From: Candidatus Enterousia sp.
GTDB taxonomy: Bacteria; Pseudomonadota; Alphaproteobacteria; Rs-D84
Assembly: GCA_045649345.1 (NCBI GenBank)
Contig: JAZRPS010000018.1
Location: 2,280 to 66,279, forward strand
DNA: 64,000 nt
Reading direction: 5' to 3'
The notes under the pieces were generated by a model. The model did no database searches, was not told the origin of the DNA, and saw only the letters and a list, made by a program, of their open reading frames with translations. Of the stretch, positions 57,156 to 64,000 are shown piece after piece. A program made the translations under genes and the position numbers. How positions within the stretch are numbered: the stretch's first letter is position 1; every line of letters starts with the position of its first letter.

Positions 57156-57397
57156 ATAAAATGAAATTTGCGCATCTGTCTTTTTTTATCGCTTTTGATG
57201 ATACAACTATCACTGCTGCAAAAATTATCAAGGCAACAATAGAAAATTCTTAAAGGGTTGGATGCGCGGCATAAAACTGTATCGAAAAAACGGTTGCCAT
57301 TATCCGACACAACAACCATTGAAACGCGAATAATTATTCCTGTTGTATTTTTTCTGATATTTATTTATAATCAATACATAAAAGTAAGGAGGCAATA

Positions 57398-57715
57398 ATG
57401 AAAAAACTATTATCTGCATTGCTTATCGTTATCTCAGCAATTTATACCGCCGATGCGTATCAGGTTTTATCGTCCAAAGAACTGGGCAAAAACGACGCAA
57501 AGAACCAAAATATTGTTGTAAAATGCACAACCGATACCGGCAAATTATCAAATCAAACATGTTCACTGCGCCGATATGCAAAATGCACAGGCACAGGTAA
57601 TAAAAAACGTTGCAACGGCTGGCAACCATGGCGCGACCTGCGCAATCCGTCGAAACAGTATTCTGATTGGAAAACCGCGGCATCCGCATGCTGTCGTGCC
57701 AAGGGATTAAGATAA
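57398..57715 (+). CDS. small basic cysteine-rich secreted protein (105 aa)
   Basis: Strong RBS taaggagg. Signal MKKLLSALLIVISAIYTADA. Mature part is rich in Cys, Lys and Arg. Confidence 0.75.
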   Translation: MKKLLSALLIVISAIYTADAYQVLSSKELGKNDAKNQNIVVKCTTDTGKLSNQTCSLRRYAKCTGTGNKKRCNGWQPWRDLRNPSKQYSDWKTAASACCRAKGLR

Positions 57716-57716
57716 T

Positions 57717-57745
57717 AAAAAAACGCCAAATTGGCGTTTTTTTAT
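57717..57745. terminator. bidirectional terminator between the 105-aa gene and lpxB
   Basis: aaacgcc-aaatt-ggcgttt with A7 and T7 flanks. Confidence 0.8.
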
Positions 57746-58878
57746 TTACGTATACCATCTGCGATCAGCTTACCTGCACCTTCATCAGATAATTGCCATA
57801 ATTTATCCGCACTCTTTAAATCATTAATCATCTTTTCGCGTTTTGACGGGATTGTTAACTGTTGAACCGCATCCAACACATTTGTCGCCGTCGCCGCAGG
57901 TCCCAAAAATTCAGGATACACACCACGATTTAACAAAATATTCACCAACGACACCCAACGCACGTTAATCATTTGACGTACCAACCATGTTGTAATTGGA
58001 TTCATCTTGTACACAACAATCGCCGGCACATGCAACATTGCCAATTCAGCCGATACAGTACCACTGGCAACAATTGCAATATATGTTTTTGCATATATAT
58101 CATAACGTTCAGACGCAGGAACTAATTCCGGCTTTACCCGCCAACGCGACGTTTCTTGTTTTATATATTCGGCCGTTGTTTCCACCGTTGGAATAACAAA
58201 ACGATACCCCATATACCCATTTCGCGACAGCATATCAATAACATCACGCATCAATGGCAACAGACGCTTAACCTCACTCATTCTGCTGCCTGGGACCAGG
58301 GTAATAATCTTTTCTGTCTGCTTCTTTTGCGATTTATACTTTCCAATTAAATTGTCTGCAATCGGATGTCCAACCGCCACCGTTTCCAAACCATGCTTTG
58401 TGAAATAAGGTACCTCAAATTCAAAAAAGGCATACAATTTATCAAACATTTTGGCATACTTTTTTGCACGCCCCGGACGCCATGCCCAAACCTGGGGTGC
58501 AACAACATGATGAAACTTTAATCCCCTGGCAATTAATTCGGAACCTACCGAACTTTTCCTAATCTGTTTTATGACACTTTTTGCAAAGCCCGGCGAATCA
58601 ATTGTCAAAACAACATCCGGTTTTTCCGCAATAATCGCATCAACCGTTTGCTTTATTCGCGTGGTTAACGTACGCGCATGTGCCAAAACCTCTATTGCAC
58701 CCATAACAGACAAATCCCCCATCGGGAACAGCGATTTCAATCCGAACTTTTGCATATTTTCACCACCGACACCGACGAATTCAGCATCCGTCATTTGCGA
58801 CATAATGCGCGCCCCCAGGACATCACCTGAAACCTCGCCAGCGATGACAAAAACCTTGATTTTTTTATTATTCTGCAT
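57742..58878 (-). CDS. lpxB: lipid-A-disaccharide synthase
   Basis: N-terminus KIKVFVIAGEVSGD. ATG at 58878 overlaps the lpxA 3' end. Confidence 0.9.
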   Translation of the reverse strand: MQNNKKIKVFVIAGEVSGDVLGARIMSQMTDAEFVGVGGENMQKFGLKSLFPMGDLSVMGAIEVLAHARTLTTRIKQTVDAIIAEKPDVVLTIDSPGFAKSVIKQIRKSSVGSELIARGLKFHHVVAPQVWAWRPGRAKKYAKMFDKLYAFFEFEVPYFTKHGLETVAVGHPIADNLIGKYKSQKKQTEKIITLVPGSRMSEVKRLLPLMRDVIDMLSRNGYMGYRFVIPTVETTAEYIKQETSRWRVKPELVPASERYDIYAKTYIAIVASGTVSAELAMLHVPAIVVYKMNPITTWLVRQMINVRWVSLVNILLNRGVYPEFLGPAATATNVLDAVQQLTIPSKREKMINDLKSADKLWQLSDEGAGKLIADGIRK

Positions 58879-59668
58879 TTTTAGACGTACCAATTCCACG
58901 CTTTGAACGATTTTCGATAAAATCAATAGCGTCCATGGCATACTTATTATTCTTTACTTCTTTGCGAACCTTGGCCAAACGTTCTGACACCGTACCTTCA
59001 CCACCACGGAACACCGCAGAATACACAGAATGAATGGCATGCATATCTTCATTTGTAAATCCATGACGCATCAGACCGACGCGGTTGATTGTACGATATA
59101 CTGCGCGTGGACTGCCGTCATAAATTGCATATGGCAACACATCATTACCGACCCCCGACATACCGCCAATAAATGCATTACGCCCAATACGCGCAAATTG
59201 CAAAACCATGGCACCACCACTGATAATTGCGAAATCTTCAACCTCTACATGTCCTGCTAATTGCACCAAGTTAGACATAACGACACTATTGCCAACCTTG
59301 CAATCATGGGCAACGTGTGCATTAACCATAATCTGACAATCATCACCAATCACCGTACCATCAGACGCAGGTGTTCCAGAATGAATTGTTGCATATTCAC
59401 GAATTTTGCAACGTTTACCAATACGCACACCAGTCATTGTGCTTTCATCTTGCCATTTTAAGTCCTGGCTCATCACGCCGACAACAGCAAACGGATAAAC
59501 AATAGAATCATCGCCGATTGACGTCTTGCCATCAACCACGACATTTGCGACCAATTCGACACGGTCGCCCAGGACAACGTTTGCCCCCACAATACAAAAA
59601 GGACCAATTTTACAATCCGCGCCCAATTTTGCGCCTTCATGAATAATTGCAGTTGGATGTATAGCCAT
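58868..59668 (-). CDS. lpxA: acyl-ACP--UDP-GlcNAc O-acyltransferase
   Basis: IHPTAIIHEGAKLG, hexapeptide repeats, and a ..GLNxVGLxRxGF-type segment (RVGLMRHGF). Confidence 0.92.
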   Translation of the reverse strand: MAIHPTAIIHEGAKLGADCKIGPFCIVGANVVLGDRVELVANVVVDGKTSIGDDSIVYPFAVVGVMSQDLKWQDESTMTGVRIGKRCKIREYATIHSGTPASDGTVIGDDCQIMVNAHVAHDCKVGNSVVMSNLVQLAGHVEVEDFAIISGGAMVLQFARIGRNAFIGGMSGVGNDVLPYAIYDGSPRAVYRTINRVGLMRHGFTNEDMHAIHSVYSAVFRGGEGTVSERLAKVRKEVKNNKYAMDAIDFIENRSKRGIGTSKNAE

Positions 59669-59754
59669 AATAAATTCCCGCTTGTTTTTACATTATTATC
59701 GCCAAGAATAATACATTATAGCCATACAAATTGATACTAAATAAATATAACCAA

Positions 59755-60741
59755 TTATAACAAACGTTTTGTTTCTGCCCAAAAATCAACAGAATCAGTA
59801 TTTAACCAATACAAAACCCCCAGCGCACTTATCACCGGCATAACAGTTATCAGCCCAAACAACCCCAACATCACTGCAAACATTTTATCTGCAATTGCGA
59901 CATTCAATTGCTTTACATGCCAAACAGACAACGCAGTCAACGCACAAATTGCAACCAATGTACCCAACAGAACGGGTACTGCCTCTGTCAAAACAAATAA
60001 TGCAGCCCCAAGCAGACAGACCACACGTCCCAGCCACTTTAATTTTACATATGCACTACGATGAACTTTGCCACACGCCTTAACATTTCGTACTGCAATC
60101 ACAATTGCGGCGCATACCCCCAATAATAACACAGCCAACAGATGCACAATCGTCAGATTGCCCAACTGACCAAATCTGAAAAATTCGGGCTGCATCAAAA
60201 TCGCAGTTGTTGTCATTAATACTATCAAGACAACACCCGGGATTACACGCATTTCTGACTTTGCACGACGCCCCAGAATCACGCCCAACGCCAGCGCACC
60301 AATCTGCAACAACGGCCCCCACCAGGCATGCGTATCCGACAACCCAACCATTGCAACAACAGACAGCACAAACACCCATTTTCGCCAGTCCATACAGGGC
60401 AGGGGGCGTGAACGCAAGTGCGACGAAACAAACAACGCAGACAAAAATATTATAACAGCCACCATCATCGGCAGCACAGACAAACTGTCACGCAAAACGT
60501 TATAATTACCGCCGAATAATACTATCCACGCAAACGTTAACACAACCGTCCACAATGATACCTGTTGCAATATATTATTGCGCGTCCAGCCCAATTTATT
60601 TAACAGCACACCAGAACACCAATAGATTACAATAAACAACGGCGTTGCCAACATACCCCACCATAAAAACGCAGGCGCCCATAATGCTGCATTATTAAAT
60701 GCACTAACCGCACTTTGCACAACAACGATATCATCAAACAT
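59755..60741 (-). CDS. polytopic inner-membrane protein, unknown function
   Basis: About 9 hydrophobic segments. ATG at 60741 follows aaaggcaag. The longer GTG start at 60789 would overlap the divergent gene. Confidence 0.7.
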   Translation of the reverse strand: MFDDIVVVQSAVSAFNNAALWAPAFLWWGMLATPLFIVIYWCSGVLLNKLGWTRNNILQQVSLWTVVLTFAWIVLFGGNYNVLRDSLSVLPMMVAVIIFLSALFVSSHLRSRPLPCMDWRKWVFVLSVVAMVGLSDTHAWWGPLLQIGALALGVILGRRAKSEMRVIPGVVLIVLMTTTAILMQPEFFRFGQLGNLTIVHLLAVLLLGVCAAIVIAVRNVKACGKVHRSAYVKLKWLGRVVCLLGAALFVLTEAVPVLLGTLVAICALTALSVWHVKQLNVAIADKMFAVMLGLFGLITVMPVISALGVLYWLNTDSVDFWAETKRLL

Positions 60742-60781
60742 AAACTTGCCTTTTACTTTTATTGTTTTATTATAAAGGGAT

Positions 60782-61465
60782 ATGAACACAAAACAAGAAA
60801 TTTTTACCCTGATGGGCGGTCGTGTAAAAATACAACGCGGACATTATAATCCTACATCTGACGCTGTATGGCTGGCAGCCTTTGCACCCAATAACGCAAA
60901 AACTGTACTGGATGTCGGTGTTGGTACAGGCGGCGTATCTTTATGTTATCTGGCAAACAATCCATCTGCCAAAATAACAGGCATCGACACATCTGTTGAT
61001 ATGTTACGCGAATGCGAACAAAACGCTATACTAAACAACGCAACAATTGAAACAATCGAACAAGACATTACCACATGGCGCACAAATCGCACTTTTGACT
61101 TGGTTTTAACCAACCCACCTTATTTTAATGGTACACCTGCAAAACATAATGCCCATCATAATGCAGATTTACGCACATGGATTTCACGCTGTATCGCACG
61201 TGTACGCCCAATGGGGACATTCTGCATAATTACAGATGCAACAACAATTGCGCTGGTTATATCTGCGATGTCGCACAAATTAGGCGACATAACAATATTC
61301 CCACTTTTTGGTGCAAAAAACACCGCGGAACGCGTTCTTATATCCGGCAAACTGGGTACCAAGGGCATATCAATATTGCACAACGGATTATCGATGAATT
61401 ATGAGCCTGTTTTGCGCAACGGCTTGACTATTGCGGATACTTTGTCTACACTATCACAGAAATGA
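60782..61465 (+). CDS. class I SAM-dependent N6-adenine-type methyltransferase (NPPY motif; TrmN6/YfiC-like)
   Basis: VLDVGVGTGGVSL and DLVLTNPPYF motifs. Confidence 0.8.
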   Translation: MNTKQEIFTLMGGRVKIQRGHYNPTSDAVWLAAFAPNNAKTVLDVGVGTGGVSLCYLANNPSAKITGIDTSVDMLRECEQNAILNNATIETIEQDITTWRTNRTFDLVLTNPPYFNGTPAKHNAHHNADLRTWISRCIARVRPMGTFCIITDATTIALVISAMSHKLGDITIFPLFGAKNTAERVLISGKLGTKGISILHNGLSMNYEPVLRNGLTIADTLSTLSQK

Positions 61466-62739
61466 TAAATTTTATAACACGATACTTTACGTCTTTGTGG
61501 GCGTTCATAACATCACCATTTCGTGCCATTTGGCGCGTTATTGTGCGTATATTTCCACCACGTGAATTTACCGTAATGGACACACCACGTGGCAACGTAT
61601 ACACATTTAACCAAAGCAGTTTTTGGCGTTTTACCCGTTTTTGCGGCAAGGTCGGATTAATTATTTGGGCGACATGGTCAACATACGTATTCGTATACCA
61701 TCGCCCATTATTGCAAAAACGCACACAACAACTGGAAGAAGCGCGCGCCACACATGCCCGACATATGAGCGCACTGCAAACATACCTCACAAAATACAAC
61801 GACTTAACCCGTGATTTAAACGTCACAGACGACAAAATCCTGCGAACAAAGGAACTAAGCGATACAGAAAAAGAAAAACTGATGAACAGTCGCATAAAAA
61901 CATGGGGCGAACTTGACTTTTTACGTACACGTATTGTTGAAATGTTACGCGACGAAGAATTTGAACCAGAATACTCAAAACTGTCCGAATTATCTGTGGA
62001 ATACGAACTAACACGTGCCGAAAACGAAGAATTAAAACGTCGCAATGCACAGATGACAGAATCAATGGCAACCATTGCAGACGCCGATAACATAATCGTC
62101 GATACTGTCACCGCATTAACCAAAGAAAACACAGAAGAATTACACAAAAACATCAAGCAGATAAACAGTACGCTTGCATCACTTGGGCTGGACGAACAAA
62201 CACTGGTCAGGAACGCCAACAAGCATTCCAACCTGCTTGTTGGTTCTGCATTCAGTCCTATTGAATTTGACAAGACATTGGACGCAAAATATCAAAAATT
62301 GGCTGACGGTCTGGAACGTTGGAATGGATTACGTCGTTTAAATCAAATGTTGCCATTAGGCAAACCTGTAAATGCACGCATCACTTCAAACTATGGCACA
62401 CGCAACGACCCATTCACAGGCAAACCCAAAAAGCATCGCGGAATCGATTTCGCCGGCAAAATTGGCACAGAATTGATGGCGGTTGCCCCTGGTCGCGTTG
62501 TATCTGCGGGCGAACGCGTTGGTTATGGCACAACAGTTGAAATTGATCATGGAATGGGCTTTACAACATTATATGCCCATCTATCACGAATATTGGTATC
62601 ACGTGGCGACTGGGTACGTCCTGGAACCGTTATCGGATTAGCAGGCTCGTCCGGTCGTTCTACGGGACCGCACTTGCACTATGAAATCAGATACAAGGGT
62701 TCACCATTTGACCCAACTAAATTTGTAAAGGAAGAATAA
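61462..62739 (+). CDS. M23 (LytM) peptidase with N-terminal TM and coiled coil
   Basis: HRGIDFAG, YGTTVEIDHG and GPHLHYEI motifs. TM GLIIWATWSTYVFVY. Confidence 0.9.
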   Translation: MINFITRYFTSLWAFITSPFRAIWRVIVRIFPPREFTVMDTPRGNVYTFNQSSFWRFTRFCGKVGLIIWATWSTYVFVYHRPLLQKRTQQLEEARATHARHMSALQTYLTKYNDLTRDLNVTDDKILRTKELSDTEKEKLMNSRIKTWGELDFLRTRIVEMLRDEEFEPEYSKLSELSVEYELTRAENEELKRRNAQMTESMATIADADNIIVDTVTALTKENTEELHKNIKQINSTLASLGLDEQTLVRNANKHSNLLVGSAFSPIEFDKTLDAKYQKLADGLERWNGLRRLNQMLPLGKPVNARITSNYGTRNDPFTGKPKKHRGIDFAGKIGTELMAVAPGRVVSAGERVGYGTTVEIDHGMGFTTLYAHLSRILVSRGDWVRPGTVIGLAGSSGRSTGPHLHYEIRYKGSPFDPTKFVKEE

Positions 62740-62740
62740 A

Positions 62741-63091
62741 ATGCTGGCATTTACAAACTCTACAGAAAAGCAATCTCCAACCGTCATCGGGGCGGGCTGC
62801 AAATTAACAGGCGATATAAAAACAGACCACACTGTACAAATTCACGGCGAAGTTGTTGGTAATATCATTGCTGAAACTGTTGTCATTGGTCGCGGCGGTC
62901 GTGTCATAGGTGAAGTAAAAACCCCTGTGTTATTTCTGCACGGATGCTTAGATGGTCCCGCAACGGTCAATACCGCAAACATATTCAGCGCGGCACAAAT
63001 GACCGGAACATTATCATACCGTACCCTGAACATCACTGGCAACACAGGACTGGAATGCAAATTACAAAAAAGAAAGGACAAGGAAAAATGA
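62741..63091 (+). CDS. bactofilin
   Basis: 116 aa. Beta-helical repeat pattern VIGAGCKLTGDIKTDHTVQIHGEVVGNI..VVIGRGGRVIGEV (DUF583-like). Confidence 0.85.
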   Translation: MLAFTNSTEKQSPTVIGAGCKLTGDIKTDHTVQIHGEVVGNIIAETVVIGRGGRVIGEVKTPVLFLHGCLDGPATVNTANIFSAAQMTGTLSYRTLNITGNTGLECKLQKRKDKEK

Positions 63092-63534
63092 ACAAGACCA
63101 TATCAAAAATCTACATCGCCAGCGACCACCGTGGGGCAGGGTTAAAATTATACCTGATTGAAATGCTGGCTGCATCTGGTTATAACGTTGTAAATTTGGG
63201 CGTTGACGACCCAAATACATCTGTTGACTATCCGGATGTCGCTGCAAACTTAGCCGATGCAATGATTGACGATCCAAAATCACGTGGCATCATCATCTGT
63301 GGCACGGGCGCAGGCGTTATGATTGCCGCCAACAGATACCGTCACATTCGCGCATCCCGTTGCAACACACCAACCCAGGCACGCGACGATAGATTCCATG
63401 ACGACATAAATGTTTTAGCGTTGGCAGCAGACGATATTGATATAGAGGTTGCTTTCTTATGCGTTCAATCATTCCTGGAAAGCCCATTTGATGATTGCGA
63501 ACGTCGCATCCGTCGCATTGAAAAAATATCATAA
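63088..63534 (+). CDS. rpiB: ribose-5-phosphate isomerase B
   Basis: IYIASDHRGAGLK and IICGTGAGVMIAANR motifs. ATGA overlap with the bactofilin gene. Confidence 0.9.
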   Translation: MNKTISKIYIASDHRGAGLKLYLIEMLAASGYNVVNLGVDDPNTSVDYPDVAANLADAMIDDPKSRGIIICGTGAGVMIAANRYRHIRASRCNTPTQARDDRFHDDINVLALAADDIDIEVAFLCVQSFLESPFDDCERRIRRIEKIS

Positions 63535-63554
63535 AAAGCACATATAACAAAAAT

Positions 63555-63583
63555 AAAAATCCCCCAAACGGGGGATTTTTTTT
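63555..63583 (+). terminator. terminator AAAAATCCCCC-aaac-GGGGGATTTTT after rpiB
   Basis: Same core as the copies at 24788 and 49432. Confidence 0.8.
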
Positions 63584-63630
63584 ACAACCCAGGATTTTAT
63601 AAAATAAAAGATAATGATGTAGATGCAATT

Positions 63631-63676
63631 AAACCCGCAACCGCAGTGTACAGACGCTACATAAGGTTGCGGGTTT
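63631..63676 (-). terminator. 12-bp-stem hairpin with 22-nt loop downstream of leuS
   Basis: aaacccgcaacc ... ggttgcgggttt. Only a weak T-run follows on the minus strand. Confidence 0.45.
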
Positions 63677-63699
63677 AAGCGCAGATACGCCATTAGATT

Positions 63700-64000
63700 T
63701 TATTTTATTACAAAGTTAACCAGTTTCTTTGGCACTACAATCGTCTTAATAATTGTTGCACCATCAAGTTTGACACCCGCCGCATCTTTTGCCGCCGCAA
63801 CAATAGCTTCTTCGTCTGCATTTGCCGAAACAACAAAGTCCGCCGCACGTTTCCCATTAACAGACACAACAATTGTCATTTCCGTTGCAATCAACTTAGA
63901 CGCATCGTACGTCGGCCATTGCGCAAACACCAACATATCTGCATGACCTAATTTTTCCCACATTTCTTCGGTCAAATGTGGCGCAAACGGATTCAACATT
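63700..64000 (-). CDS. leuS: leucine--tRNA ligase, C-terminal ~100 codons (gene continues past window end)
   Basis: ..PFAPHLTEEMWEKLG...WPTYD...VVSVNGKRA...VPKKLVNFV matches the LeuS C-terminal pattern. Confidence 0.88.
   Translation of the reverse strand, partial: MLNPFAPHLTEEMWEKLGHADMLVFAQWPTYDASKLIATEMTIVVSVNGKRAADFVVSANADEEAIVAAAKDAAGVKLDGATIIKTIVVPKKLVNFVIK

Noticed and set aside
61446-62273. 275-aa Ser-rich minus-strand ORF
   Set aside because: It is antisense to the M23 peptidase gene, whose catalytic motifs are unambiguous, and its composition is low-complexity.
4860-63580. CRISPR-like interpretation of the recurring 24-nt CCCCC/GGGGG hairpin
   Set aside because: The copies are kilobases apart, each directly follows a stop codon with A/T-run flanks, and there are no regular spacers and no cas genes.
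1-64000. Prophage, integrative element or genomic island borders
   Set aside because: I saw no integrase, transposase, tRNA target or long direct repeats. The accessory-looking genes are interleaved singly with core genes rather than forming a bounded island.

Overview
This is a 64-kb chromosomal window that looks moderately AT-rich and is densely coding. I call 59 protein genes and found no rRNA, tRNA, CRISPR array, transposase, integrase or obvious prophage.

The housekeeping genes are dnaK, rplY, rsmD, tadA, gpmI, rsmH, dnaE, secA, ybgC-tolQ-tolR-tolA, ruvB, argS, rplM-rpsI, tig, thyA, lpxA-lpxB, rpiB and the leuS 3' end. Together with a clear GcrA cell-cycle regulator, these point to a streamlined alphaproteobacterium.

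Between these genes lie lineage-specific exported proteins that I cannot place in any known family. About a quarter of the window encodes cysteine-rich secreted proteins:
- a 2,396-aa giant mosaic protein (24814..32004)
- a tandem array of three paralogs (4930..6988) carrying a 408-bp, 98%-identical conversion tract
- a coupled 811-aa and 428-aa pair (13114..16851)
- smaller members of the same general type

Other candidate novel units:
- an orphan A24 prepilin-peptidase gene heading a tightly coupled operon of four unknown signal-peptide proteins (52395..57155)
- a three-gene operon of a YD/MORN-like repeat protein, a stand-alone J-domain protein and an internally duplicated protein (42149..44559)
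- a secreted-protein gene split from its own signal-peptide leader by a G8 tract, which is a phase-variation candidate (273..1324)
- a stereotyped AAATCCCCC-N4-GGGGGATTT bidirectional terminator used seven times
- REP-like hairpin repeats in gaps between convergent genes
- a 21-bp perfect inverted repeat enclosing 66 nt (44591..44698)

All functional calls come from motif recognition by eye. No database search was run.
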